NCBI GenBank assembly: GCA_013265495.1
Contig: MU057666.1
Span: 73,599 to 137,598 of the forward strand
Origin: Vicugna vicugna
Taxonomy: Eukaryota
Reading direction: 5' to 3'
Length of the DNA: 64,000 bases
The notes below the pieces were generated by a model. That model did no database searches. It saw only the letters and a program-made list of their open reading frames with translations, and was not told the origin of the DNA. The number at the start of each line of letters is the position of its first letter. The first letter of the stretch is position 1. The translations under genes and the position numbers were made by a program. This document shows positions 41,952 to 55,233 of the stretch, one piece after another.

Positions 41952-44143
41952 ATTTTTTTTTAACATTTTTTTATTGATTTATAATCATTTAACAATGTTG
42001 TGTCAAATTTCATTGTAGAGCACAATTTTTCAGTTATACATGAACATATATATAATTCATTGTCACAAATTTTCCTCTGTGAGCTACCATAAGATCTTGT
42101 ATGTATTTCCCTGTGCTATACAGTATAATCTTGTTCATCAATTCTACATTTTGAAATCCCAGTCTATCCCTTCCCACCCCCCACCCACTTGGCAACCACA
42201 AGTTTGTATTCTATGTCTATGAGTCTATTTCTGTTTTGTATTTATGTTTCTTTTTTTTTTAGATTCCATATATGAGATGATCTCATATTTTTCTTTCTCA
42301 TTCTGGCTTATTTCACTTAGAATGACATTCTCCAGGAACATCCATGTTGCTGCAAGTGGCATTATGTTGTTGGTTTTTATAGCTGAATACTATTCCGTTG
42401 TATAAACATACAACTTCTTCTTTATCCAGTCATCTGTCGATGGACATTTAGGCTGTCTCCATGTCTTGGCTATTGTAAATAGTGTTGCTATGAACATTGG
42501 GGTGTAGGTGTCTTTTTGAAGTAGGGTTCCTTCTGGATATATGCCCAGGAGTGGGAATCCTGGGTCATAAGTTAAGTCTATTCCTAGTCTTTTGAGGAAT
42601 CTCCACACTGTTTTCCATAGTGGCTTCACCAAACTGCATTCCCACCAGCAGTGTAGGAGGGTTCCCCTTTCTCCACAGCCTCTCTAGCATTTGTCATTTG
42701 TGGACATTTGAATGATGGTCATTCTGACTGGTGTGAGATGAGACCTCATTGTAGTTTTGAAATTTCTCTGAAGTGATACTGAACATTTTTCTATGTGCCT
42801 ATTGATCATTTGTATGTCTTCCTTGGAGAATTGTTTGTTTAGGTCTTCTGCCCATTTTTGGACTGGGTTGTTTGTTTTTTTCTTATTAAGTCGCATGAGC
42901 TGCTTATATATTCTGGAAATCAAGCCTCTGTCAGTTTCATTTGCAAAGATTTTCTCCCATTCCGTAGGTTGTCTTTTTGTTTTACTTATGATTTCCTTTG
43001 CAGTGTAGAAGCTTCTAAGTTTCGTTAGGTCCCATTTGTCTGTTCTTGATTTTATTTCTTTTGCTTGGGTAGACTGTTCTAGGAGAACATTTCTGAGATA
43101 ACGTTTTGCCTATATTTTCTTCTAGGAGGTTTATTGTATCTTGTCTTATGTTTAAGTCTTTGATCCATTTAGAGGTTATTTTTGTATATGGTGTAAGGGA
43201 GTGTTCTAGCTTCATTGCTTTACATGCTGCTGTCCAGTTTTCCCAACACCATTTGCTGAAGAGACTGTATTTATTCCATTGTATATTCTTGCCTCCTTTG
43301 TCGAAGATGAGTTGACCAAAAGTTTGTGGGTCCATTTCTGGGCTCTCTATTCTGTTCCATGGGTCCATATGTCTGTTTTGGTACCAATACCATGCTGTCT
43401 TGATGACTGTAGCTCTATAGTATTGTCTGAAGTCTGGGAGAGTTATTCCTCCAGCCTCTTTCTTTCTCTTCAGTAATGCTTTGGCAATTCTAGGTCTTTT
43501 GTTGTTCCATATAAATTTTATTATGATTTGTTCTATTTCTGTGAACTATGTCCTGGGTAATTTGATAGGAATTGCATTAAATGTGTAGATTGCCTTGGGC
43601 AGTGTGACTATTTTAACAATATTGATTCTTCCAATCCAAGAGCATGGGATATCTTTCCATTTTTAAAAATCTTCTTTAATTTCCTTCATCAATGGTTTAT
43701 AGTTTTCTGTGTATAATTTTTTGCCTCCTTGGTTAGATTTATTTCTAAGTATTTTATTCCTTTGGGTGGTATTTTAAAGGGGATTGTTTCTTTACTTTCT
43801 TTTTCTGCTGATTCATTGTTAGTGCAAAGAAATGCAACTGATTTTATGAACATTAATCATGTAATGTGCTAACTTGCTGAATTCTTGATTAGTTCTATTA
43901 GTTTTTGTGTGGAACTTTAAAGGTTTCTATATATAGTAACATGTCGTCGGCATATAGTGACACTTTTACCTCTTCTTTTCCTATTTGGATCCCTTTTATT
44001 TCTCTCTCTTGCCTGATTGCTGTGGCTAGGACTTCCAATACTATGTTGAATAGGAGTGGTGATAGTGGGCATCCTTGTCTTGTCCCAGAGTTTAGTGGGA
44101 AGCTTTTGAGTTTTTCACCGTTGAGTACTATGCTGGCTGTAGG
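41952..44143 (-). mobile_element. 5'-truncated lineage-specific L1 (about 2.2 kb) inserted just upstream of the SPTLC3 ATG
   Basis: Poly-T at left; ORF2 remnants ([42 protein letters not shown]). TSD TGATAAGCTCTAGT (41938-41951) / TGATAAGGTCTAGT (44144-44157). Confidence 0.93.
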
Positions 44144-44157
44144 TGATAAGGTCTAGT

Positions 44158-44340
44158 TTTGAATTTGGTGAGGGGATGAGAAAAAGCATGTCTGTTGAGT
44201 TCTTGGAAGAATCCTACCAATCAGGCTTTTCCGGAAGGGGAGCAACAGCCTATCTTTTGGGCTAATCTTCGAGACTAAAAACTAACAGGTACCTTTACAG
44301 TCCTCAACTCAGAATGTGGCCTGCATGGCAACAAAACTGC
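44158..44340 (-). promoter_or_regulatory. Probable SPTLC3 distal 5'UTR / proximal promoter, displaced by the L1 insertion
   Basis: Unique sequence that resumes after the L1 TSD. It carries a motif cluster: TTCTTGGAA (STAT-type, 44200-44208), CCAATCAG (NF-Y, 44217-44224), TTCCGGAAG (ETS, 44229-44237) and CATGGCAAC (RFX half-site, 44324-44332). Confidence 0.55.
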
Positions 44341-44460
44341 TCCTGGAACTACAAAGGAGGTGCCCATGCTGGGTCCCTGAATTGACTGAGGCAACCAGGA
44401 GGCTGCAAACCCCAGAAGCAAATTGCAAGTAGGCCTGTGGGGAGATGGAAAATCTTTTAA

Positions 44461-44487
44461 ACACACACACACACACACACACACACA
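44461..44487 (+). repeat. (AC)13 microsatellite upstream of the promoter region
   Basis: Read directly. Confidence 0.97.
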
Positions 44488-44637
44488 TCTCTGCATGCTC
44501 AGGTGGAGTCTTCTCCATACAGTCAGTGCAGAATTTACTTCCATCCCTCCCGCACCTCCCTCCTGCATCTAATTACATCTTTGATGGTAAACTAAGATCA
44601 AAGTCAACATTTCTCTTTAGAGTAAAATAACATTCAG

Positions 44638-44850
44638 AAGTGGTTGCCAGGGACGATAGGGAGGAGAGAATGGGAAGTTACTGTTTAATGGGTGCAGAGT
44701 TTCAGTTGGAGAAGATGGACAAATTTTGGGTGATGGATAGTGGTGAGTATGACAATGTGAATGTACTTCATGCCACTGAACTAACTGTATGCTTCAAAAT
44801 GGTTAAAGTGGTAAATTTTATATAATGTATATTTTACCATAATATGAAAA
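44638..44850 (+). mobile_element. Old L1M 3'UTR fragment
   Basis: gtggttgccaggg..tttaatgggtgcagagtttcagtt..aatgtgaatgtactt..atggttaaagtggtaaattttat. Confidence 0.7.
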
Positions 44851-46417
44851 TGACCCCCCCAAAATTCAGGGCCCACCTGATGTTAAAACCAGTGACATAT
44901 ATGAGAGGAACTAACTCCTGAAGAATTACAGGACAGAAGGCTGGGAGACAGGACATCAGGTTTCTCATTATGGCTGCATTACCTTTAACACGTGACCTTG
45001 GGAAAGCTATTTTCTCCCTTTTTGCCTCGGTTCCTCCAGCTATAAAATAAGATAATTTTTTTTTCTGGGCTCATGATGGATGGGGTAGCAGATAGTGGCT
45101 CGAGTTTGTTATGGACACAGGTGTTGTGAGGCACATGGTGACTCCAGCAGCCTAGCCCTAGGAACCTTTGGTTTACTCATTATCTCTGACTATCTTCATG
45201 AATCCATCCCCAGAGGTCTGTTTTCCCCTCTCACCATCTAAAGGCCTGTGATGACACGGTTTGTTGGACAGTGTCAATCATTTATAGCCTGTCGAGTCCT
45301 CCCATGACCACTCTCCTGGTTCTCCTGAATTGAGGCTCCTTGAATATCAGGCACCTAGAAAAGAAACCCATTTAGTGGGTCAATGACACAAACAAACAAA
45401 CAAGCACAACAAAAAGACAGAAGTAGCCCTTGTTGTCAGAGTCTCATTTTCAGTGCTCGGCTCCCTTGGGCAAGCTTTGTTTCCCCTCCTGGAATATGTA
45501 GCTGTTGGAGGAGAAGGTCATAAGGCTTCTCCCAGCCAGGATGTGCCTGTGACAGTGTCCACTTTTCCCATCCCCCAGAGACCTGAGGGAATAAAATATG
45601 GTCTTGGGGCAAATGAGGGGATTAAAACCAAGTGCATCCTCCATTTTGTGCCTCAAGATCAGAATTTTTCTTGCATTTATCTCCACCTTTGTCATCAGAG
45701 CAGAAGGAGCATTTCACTAGTCTCTTCTGTGGCTGTTACTCTGGGATCTGGCTTCTTTCTTTCTAGACTCACAGAAAAGAGAGAAGAAAACAGGAGAGGG
45801 GGTGCTGATATCTGTTGGCTTGACTGTTTCAGCTGAGAAAGACAAGTTGAAGGCATGGTGTTATTTTGACTGAGCTCTGTCACCCCACAGAAGGTTATGT
45901 TTTGAATCAGGATTTTGAGATAAAACTTCTGAATATTAGATGCTTCCATCTCTTCTTTTCTTCTCTTTTTCTTTGAATTTGTCTTTGAAATTGTCTTTTG
46001 AATTTCCTCTTTTTTCTTTCCTCCTACCCTTCTTCCTCCTCTTTCACTTCTCATCTTCTTTTATTTTTCCTTTTCTTTTTTAACAAGGGGACAAAAACCC
46101 CATATAAAGGAAACATGTGAAAACAGCTAAAATCTGCTTCTTTTATTTTCTTCCTAACCTGAGTTGCCAAGTGTAGATCATCATACACTGACCTTCAGGG
46201 AGTATCCACTACATGTTCTCACTTCTGAAACTGTTCTCCTTGCCATATTGGAAGATGTGAATTTCCCTGTGCCCAAAATTATCCTAACACACCACACACT
46301 TGACATCAGGTACTGTGGCTATGGACAAACAGTTATGGCTACGGTTTCATGTCATGTCCAGTCAAAATAAGTGTGGAGGTCTGTCTGAGTGGGAGCTTTG
46401 AGTGTAAAGATATTGAT

Positions 46418-46760
46418 TGCTATTGGTTTCAGTGTTCATATGCCACCCCCCCAACACACACAAATTCACATGTTGAAATCCTAACTCTCAAATATGATGG
46501 TTTAGGTGGTGAGGCTGTTGGGAGATGATTAGGTCAGGAGGGTAGAGCCCTGATGATAGAATTATTGCCCTTAGTCCTTCAGCCAGGTGAGGTTACATTC
46601 GAAAGGGGTCTATCTCTTAGCAATCCTACACCAGATACCAAATCTTCTGATGCCTTGGTCTTGGACTTCTCAGCTCCCTGAACTGTGAGAAATAAACTTC
46701 TGTTGTTTATGAGCTACCCAGTTTATGAGCTACCCAGTTTACCCTGAATAGGCTAGTACA
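46418..46760 (+). mobile_element. MLT1A-like MaLR LTR
   Basis: aaattcacatgttgaaatcctaac..gattaggtca..gagggtagagccct..cttggacttctcagc..gaactgtgagaaataaac. Confidence 0.75.
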
Positions 46761-47601
46761 TTGATCAACACTAAAACACAGACTAACTATTGAATATGAT
46801 TCCCTGTCTCTAAATAACTAAATGTATTTCAGATCAACCAGCAAACTCAATAAATGGCTGAATAACTGCTATATATTAAGGTATTTGCTAAGCTTTCCTT
46901 TACACAATAATGAACAAGACATAAGTAGTTTCCACCTTCACAGAACTAACAGTTAGTAGCGCCTGCATATCTTCTACTCAAGAGGTCTCCTTATTGAAAA
47001 TTAAAAAAAAAAAAAACCCGGCCATTTGTGTATTGAAAGCAAAGATCTAATTAAATAATGATGACCTTGTGGTATTTCCTGAAGGGGTTTTTTATGCCCA
47101 GATGCCAGCATCTACGGGTAGGCAAGAAACGGGTGTTCAGAAGCTTGGTAACGTGTTACTTTTAACCAAGATCAAATTAAGTTTAGTTTTTACACCTCTG
47201 GATTTTGTGCGCTATTGTGATTAGGAAAGTCCAGAATAATCAAATTTATCACCACTTACCTTTGCGCTGACACAGATCATACCTATCATACTGAACGTGG
47301 TCAGTGCCTCACTTGTAGCCTTTGGCTTCCCTGGGGTCCCCGACAGACAGTCCCCTCACTTCCCAGCTCACTCCTACATCTCACTGTGCTTGTGCAGGTT
47401 CTCTGACCAGGAGGTGTGCTCTGCCTGTGCAGTGAGGCCAGACGTGCTGGGGACGCATATCCCTGGGAGCAGTCCTCAAACACTGGGGGACAGCAGATGG
47501 TGTAGAAATGCCCCATATCTTTCCTTCTCTATGGGACAATTCTGAGGTGCATTCAGTTTCTCTAGAGTCCCCAGTGGGACCACGTCCCCTAAGCAGTAAC
47601 C

Positions 47602-48073
47602 TGTAACCAAAGGGAAGTTCATGTGCCAGAAGCATCACAAGGCCAAACAATTGAAACATCACTGTTTGGAGCAGAGAAAGATTTACTACAGGGCCCAGCA
47701 AGGAGGATGGGGTGGTTCATGCCCAAGGAAACCCCGAACTACTCCAAGGGTTTCAACAAAGCATATTTAAAGGCCAGGTAAGAGAGGGGTTGCAGGTATG
47801 TGATCAGCTCATGCACAATTCTCTGGTTAATGCTGAGGTAATAGAGTGGTCAACACTATCAACCCCTAGGTGCCAGAAGGTCTGGGAGCCAGGTGCTCTC
47901 AATCATCAAGTAGTTAATTTCTTCCCTTTGGTGGTGGCTTTTTTTAGCATCTGAAAAACTCAGGAAATTTACATGAGATACTATTACCTGGGTACTTCAG
48001 AGAGGAGCTACAGCAGAGGACATGGGGTAGAGGTCTGACCCTGGAAGGCCCTGCAGGATCCTGCTCAGTTATA
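47602..48073 (-). mobile_element. ERV1-type solo LTR nested in an LTR16-like element (about 47400-48215)
   Basis: Termini TGTAACC...AGTTATA form an imperfect inverted repeat. LTR16-like sequence is interrupted on both sides (gggacaattctgagg..agcagtaacc | accctc..gcacccaaatccttgtctcag). Confidence 0.6.
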
Positions 48074-48803
48074 ACCCTCATGTGAAAACACTTATTGTTA
48101 GCTTTCCTCCCTTCCTTGTACTTATCCACTCTTCTTGAAAACCCCTCCAAAACACACTGCCTGCACCCAAATCCTTGTCTCAGAGTCTATTTTGGGAAAA
48201 CATACACAGAGACAAACAAGCCCCAGGCAGTCCATCAGATCTGTTAGTCAGAAATCTAATTGGGTCTTTTGAATGATTAATATATTGCTCTGAAGATAAA
48301 GAGAGACAGCATGTGAAAAAACATAGTATGTTCATTGAATAAAACCACAATAAATTTGGGAGAGACAAGAAAGCCCTTGTGTCCCCACAGGAAAGGCTTG
48401 TGGGATGTATGCACTCTAGTTAGGGGAGGAAAGTGATGGATTTTGAGTTATAATATCATAAGAACACTAAACATTTGAATGAGAAACAGGCTCCACAAAT
48501 TCTTTTAGAATGTGTTTTATCTGCAGAAAAAGTAAAACTAACTTGTCCTTTCTTTCAAGCTTTGATGGAAAGAAACCCTTCTGTTTTAAGCTGGCAAGGG
48601 AATGGAAATTATATGCTCAGTATCTTTATTAGTTTTCTGTTGCTGCTGTAACAAATTCTCATAAACTCGGTTGAAACACATATTCTTCACCATAGAGCTC
48701 TGTCTCACTGGGCTAAAATAAAGAAGTCAGCAGGATTGTATTCCTTTCTGGAGGCTCTAGGGGAGAATCTATTTCCTTGGCATTTACAGCTTCTAGAAGC
48801 CAC

Positions 48804-49311
48804 TGTCGACTGAAATAAAAATCACACAATATTAGAATTGTGGGTTAAGTTTTATTTGGGGCAAAATGCAGGCTACAGCCCAGGAGACAGCATCCCAGAA
48901 AACTCTGAGAAACTGTTCCAAAGAGCCAGGGGGAAACTCAGTATTATATATGGTTTCAGTGAAGGGGAGACATGCAGTCAAGCACACATTTAGGCAGAGG
49001 CTGCTGCTGGTCATGAGAAGCAGATGTCACCGTTAATGGTGTTAGTGCTTTTCTAGATAGGAGGAGATGCAAGAATTGGGCTCATAAAATCTTTTCCTGA
49101 AAATGTCTAGCTACCTGAAGGTCTGTTCAGCCAGTTTTCTGAGGGCACAGAGTGCCTCACTCCTGACCTCCATCCTGAACTCTGTTCAGGGTGTGTTGGA
49201 GGTCAGTGGCTGCAATGGCTCATAATTTAATCCAAGCAGAGTTAGATGGCAAATGCCAACATGATCCAATCTTTGTAGAGGCAGATGCCAAGTGCCAGTT
49301 TCTAGTTAGCA
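48804..49311 (-). mobile_element. MER41-like ERV1 solo LTR (508 bp) nested in an MLT1 LTR (about 48622-49600)
   Basis: TG...CA termini and a perfect 4-bp TSD CCAC (48800-48803, 49312-49315). MLT1 resumes across it (cttctagaagccac | ccacattccttgac). The family assignment is from recalled consensus. Confidence 0.75.
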
Positions 49312-49739
49312 CCACCCACATTCCTTGACTTATGGCCCCTTTCCTCCATCTCCAAAGCCAGCTACGTCACATCTCTCCAACCTTTCTTCAGTGGTACATC
49401 TCTGACGACAGCGGGGAAGGTCCTCTGCTTTCAAGAAAACATATGATTAGATTGTGATGATCTGGATCGTTCAAGATAACCTCAGAATAAACTCAATCAC
49501 ATTTACAAAGTCCCTTTTTCCCTGGACAAGAACAGAGTCACAAGTTTAGGGATTAGGGTATGGACAACTTCAGGTGGGCCATTAGTCTGCCTCCCACAGT
49601 ACCTATTAGTATTAGCTTAAAATGTATAAAAATCACAGAGGATTTCTTCATTTTCTTGCTTTTATTTTATAAGGAATATAGTAAATGTGTATTTTTAATG
49701 CTTTCATAGATTCATCCTCAAGTGACCATCCCAAACATT

Positions 49740-50425
49740 TTTAAAGCAGTTTTTCTTATCACAGTCTAATATTCATAGATAAAAGAGAACTAAGTGTACA
49801 CTTCAGTGTATTTTCCAATAGCGAACTTGCCTGAGAACCAGCCCTATAGAACTTGTCTAGCATCCAGAGCCTGTCTCATGGCTGCCCCACTCATTGTTCT
49901 CTTCCCCCATCCATAACCCGTGTCCTCATTACTATCACCATAGATTAGTTCTGCCTCCTATTCTGATGTTAATAGAATTACACAGAATATATCCTTTTGA
50001 GTCTGGCTTCTTTTATTGAATTCTTGTGTTGAGAGTTTTCCATGTAGTAATGTATAATAGTCAAGTTTATTCTCACTGGTATATAGTATTCCATTTTATG
50101 AACATAACGTAATTTTTAAATCTATTCTATTGTGGACAATTGGGATGTTTCTGGTTTTTAACTATTAAAGTTATTGCTACTGTGAATTTTCTGGTATAAC
50201 TTTTGGTAACCAGATATATACACTGATGTTGGGTATGAACCTAGAAGTGGGTTCACTGGGACATAAAGTGTGCATGTGTCCATCTTTGGAAGAGAGTGAC
50301 AAGTTTTCCAAGTGTTTGTACCATGAGCATTTCAGTGATTCCACATGCTCACCAGCACTTGGTATTGTCAGTCTTTTAAATATTTCAACCATTCAAGTGA
50401 ATGTACAGTGGTATTTCATTATGAT
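49740..50425 (-). mobile_element. Ancient L1M 3' fragment
   Basis: Minus ORF remnant IFKRLTIPSAGEHVE resembles the L1 ORF2 C-terminus. Confidence 0.6.
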
Positions 50426-51459
50426 TTGTTTGTTTGCTGTTGTTTTCCTTTTTTAAAAGGAAGAATTTACAGATAGTGAAATGCACAAATCTTAAGGGTA
50501 CAATTCAATAAATTTTGTCAATCTGTAAGCTTGTTTGAACTTTAAGATTCCAATATGTGCATTTTTCTATCAACAGGGTTTTGGGAAAATTAAATCTCTT
50601 GTGGTTTAAGGAGGAAAATGTATTTACCTCATGCTCTTAACCTCTCCTTCTAGTGCTGGGTATAATAAATGGGCACAGGCAGGCATCCAGTCAGGTCTAT
50701 GGACCCTCGGATTGACTGAGTCAGTATATGCTACTCACAGCATTGTTTTCAATAGAAAAAGAAGCAAACAGCCACAAAAAACCCAAACAAAAACCTGGAC
50801 ACAAACTGTTCATCAGTTGTACAATGATTGGGCAAATTGGTACATTCTTAGAATGAATCATTTTGCAGTTATGATAAGGAAGAGCTTAAATCTCTAAGAA
50901 TGACTTGAAGGAAAACCCTTGAATAATAATAAGTGAGAAAAAGAGATTGAAGACTAGTGAGAATAATACTAATTTGTTTTGTAAAAACATTACAAAATAT
51001 CATGCACACGTGTGGTGCATAAACAAAAGAAATATATGAAATTATCCTCTGGTTACCTGGGAAAATGGGAAGAAGATAAACTTTTTTCTTAATGTATCTT
51101 TACATCAATGAATTGAATAGGTTATTGAGTAGGTGTCATTGCATAATTTCTGAAAAGAAATTGAATAAAAATATTTTTTAAATTAGTGATTTCCCCAAAG
51201 CATTTGTACTTGAATACTGATCAATGATTTCTCTGATGTAACACACTGTTAAGTGTACAATTATTACTAATGAGGCTATTTCATCTAATACCAAATGACC
51301 TACAAGAATCTACAAATAATCCTCTTGTGCAGTTTCCTGGAGAATCCAAACACTTCTAGAATAAATGTAAAATTATGAATATTCCTTTCATAGATTGCTC
51401 ATTTTTGATGTTTATGAGGGCTAATTTTTTAATGTTTTGATTTTTAATAGACTTACCAG

Positions 51460-51670
51460 ACTGGGAGTTAAAAATTTGTAGATACTGACAGGTATATAAA
51501 GAATAGATAAATAAGGTTATACTGTATAGCACAGGGAAATATATACAAGATCTTGTAGTAAGTCACGGTAAAAAAGAATGTGACAATGAATATACGTATG
51601 TTCATGCATAACAAAAAAATTGTGCTCTGTCCTGGAAATTGACACAACATTGTAAACTGACTATAACTCC
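51460..51670 (+). mobile_element. Lineage-specific L1 3'UTR fragment lacking its poly-A tail
   Basis: tactgtatagcacagggaaatatatacaagatcttgtagtaa..gaaattgacacaacattgtaaactgactataactc. Confidence 0.75.
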
Positions 51671-52549
51671 CTAACATTTCACTATTTTCCTAAATATTGT
51701 TCAAAAACGACATCATGGCATAAAGTGAGCGTGAGGAGTCTTTCCTGATTGCTTACGTCTTCCAACGTCTGAGCCTCACTTTCACCTAGAAAACGCTGCC
51801 ATTTTCTCCTTTGTTTACTCAGCATGGGATGGGGTGTCAGCATCCAGGTGTGGCCACTGGCATTCCCCAGTTCTCAACTGTGCTCACATCCTCCAAACTT
51901 GCTTTACTGGAGGAGCAGGACTCCCGTCATCTTTGCCCCTAGCAACCACCTGCTTCATGATGATGTGTGGGATAAAAGCTCTTAGTTCTCCAGCAAGTAT
52001 AGTATTGGGGCCATAAACAGAACAGAGGAAACACTTTTCGGATGCATAGAAATTGGGTGTGTGGACCCTAGGTTCTCTCCCAGGCAATGGTCCTAAGATT
52101 CACATGTTCCTCTTGCCAAAAGATAAGAGTGACCATGGGCCTCATGCCATCAGCCAAGGGAGCTGATGGAGCACTGTTGATGCACCAGAGAAATTGTTCC
52201 CTATGGGCGAAACTTGGTGAATTTTTTTCCTAACGTGCATTTCTTTTCCAGTGTTTACTATTCAGCTGAGAAAACTCTGGCTTGTTATTTCTGCCTCTTT
52301 CTCTTCCAAATCGTAGGGCACACACTTAGTTGTGCATTATACTGAGTTATGAAGTGCCTGAATTACAGAAAAAGAGGAGTTACTGCCTTGGATCTCAGGG
52401 AGCATTTGACCTAAACCTCTTCCTCCTGTCGCACCAAATATTCCACACAGATTTTGTTTTCCCAAGTTTATTTGTTAATGACTTTGAAATTCAGCATTAC
52501 AATATTCTAGGTTGTGAGGAGGAGTCATCCTAAAAGGGCTGATACTTAA

Positions 52550-53175
52550 ATTTTTTTGTGTCATAAGAACAGATAACATGAGATCTACTCTGTTAACACA
52601 TGTTTAAGTGGACAGGTCAGCATTGTTAACTATCAACACAATATTGTACAGCAGATTCCTGGAACTTATTCATCTGGCATAACTGAAACTTTTTACCCAT
52701 TGAACAGCAACTCCCCATGTTCTCCCTCCCCCCAGCCCCTGGCAACCACCATTCTACTTTCTGCCTCTTTAAGTTGGACTATCTTATATTCCTCATGTAA
52801 GTAGCACCATGTAGTATTTGTTCTTCTGAGATTGGCTTATTTTACCTAGCACACTGTTCTCAAGGCTCATCCATGCAGTTGCATATGGCAGGATATCCTT
52901 CCTCTCTATGGCTGAATAATATTCCACTGTATGCATATTTCTCATTTCCTTTATCCATTCACCCCTTGATGGACATTTAAGTTGTTTCCACATTTGGCTG
53001 CTGTGAATAATGCCTCAATGAATGGGGGTATGTACAAACCTCTTCAAACTCCTGTTTTTAATCCTTTAGGATAAATACTGAGAAGTGAGATTGTATAGAA
53101 GAAGTTTCATTTCTCCATACTCTTGTCAACATTTACTTTTAAATTTTTTTTGATGATGGCCATTCTAACAGGTGT
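52550..53175 (-). mobile_element. L1MA/MB 3' fragment
   Basis: Minus ORF WKQLKCPSRGEWIKEM..YYSAI..ISQSQKNKY, the L1 ORF2 C-terminus. Confidence 0.8.
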
Positions 53176-54722
53176 GCTTATTTTGAGTACTGCAACCTTT
53201 TACTGTAAACTTTTACTGCATTTTGAGTACTATACCTTAGACCTTTCATAAGGGTATTTTGGTCCATATACCGTTGTGAAATATGTTTCTGTGAGGAGTC
53301 AAGGACTGGGACTTCCTATTCTGCCTTCTTACTTACATCATTCATGAAGATATCTCCCAGGGTCATTTAACTTTTAAGTGATAAGTTCTTTCTTCTTTTA
53401 AAATGAGGCTAATTGCTTAATAAAACAGAAAGATATGTGTCAAAATTTTCTACTTTATGTGATAATGTCTTACACAATTCTATTAGGGAGAGAAAGGCAG
53501 AAATTTTATTTTTATTCCATAAATCAGAAAAGATTGCATCCAGAGAGGTTAAGCTAATTGCCCAGGATTGCACCCTGTGAATGAGTTTCATGCATTGCTG
53601 CCTGGAGTTTGAATAGTCATCTTCCCTACACAGTAGCCTATGGGGAAAGGAATGACATTTCTGTACACCGATCAGTTATTGATTCTCTGTCTATAAGGCC
53701 CAGAACCTCCATCAGTGTCTTGAATTGGAGGAAGAAGTTATGGCATTCCACACCTAAATGTCTGCTTCATGTTCATATGTATTGGTAGTTTGTGGTGTAG
53801 TTTGCATTGGAAATTGCCTGAATAAACCCACTCACTAAAGGAAAAAATATAAATGGGAACATCTACATGGCATTTATTCTCTCAAACGTATACACATTTA
53901 TAGTCACATAAAAACTGACCCTAATCGAAGAGATAGTAAAGGCTGTATTCAGAGGTACTTTTTAAATAGAACGTTTAAAGGCCAGCAGATATGTTTTGAT
54001 GGTAACAGACAGAATAAATTATGTGGCTGTTTTGGTGGCAGCTCAATGAAGCAGGAATGCTCTACTTTCTTTTCGAAGTCTACTGACATTGCTCTGTTCA
54101 AAGAAATTATTGTTCTCATCCAGACTGGGTCTTTTTGTGAGGAAATTCACATGGCAACATACAGAGAAGATGCAAGAGGAGCCACCAGAAGACTGGAAGG
54201 ATTGAAATGCTATTTTATAATTTATCAAGCTATAGAATCACACAAATACATTTTATTAAAGGAAAAAAAGGCACAGCTTTTTTTTTTCTTACTTAACCTG
54301 TATTTTAGAGGCTGCAGCAGCACAGGAATTAATAAGTTCATGACAATCATCAACAAAGAGCATTTTTCTGGCTTCACCTCCCAATGTCTCTGCAAGATTA
54401 ATACCTTCTTTCAAATTTCTCCTGAATCTTTTTGAGATATTCTTCTAGGTTTCTCACATGCATTCTGCAAATAAATCCTCTTGTTTCAAGGAAAGGGAAG
54501 GGTGAGGACAGACTTCCTGTTTCCTCTCCCAGTGCCTTGACTCCTTAGGGTAATCAGTCCTCATCTGTCCCAGGGCATTGCCCTGCTCCAGTGCCTGGCA
54601 ATGTCCTCATGGAAGCACCTGAGTCTAGCTATCAAGGGAGCCAAAGTTTATGCTAATGGCCCTGATACTGTTGGCTAATTGTTCTCTCAGTCTCACAGAC
54701 AGTACACTGAGTTGACATTATC

Positions 54723-55233
54723 ATTTTTTTGATGTTTATTTTTTTATTGAGTTATAGTCAGTTTACAATATTGTGTCAATTTCTGGTGTACAGCGCAATT
54801 CTTCAGTCATACATGAATATACATATATTCATTTTCATATTCTTTTTCACCATGAGCTACTACAAGATATTGAATATATTTCCCAGTGCTACACAGTATA
54901 AACTTGTTTATCTATCTTATATATACCTGTCAGTATCTGCAAATCTCAAACTCTCAGTTTAATCCCGTATGCCTCACCCCTGGAAACCACGAGTCTGTAT
55001 TGTATGTCTTTGAGTCTGTTTCTGTTTTATATATAAGTTCATTTGTCTTCTTTCTTCTTTCAGATTCCACATATAAGTGATATCATATGGTATTTTTCTT
55101 TCTCTTTCTGACTTATTTCACTTAGAATGACATTCTCCAGGGACATCCTTGTTGCTGCAAATGGCATTATGTTGTCATTTTTATGGCTGAGTAGTATTCC
55201 ATTGTATAAATATGCCACAATTTCTTTATCCAG
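54723..55233 (-). mobile_element. 5'-truncated lineage-specific L1 with 10-bp TSD
   Basis: TGACATTATC at 54713-54722 and 55234-55243; poly-T at left. Confidence 0.9.
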
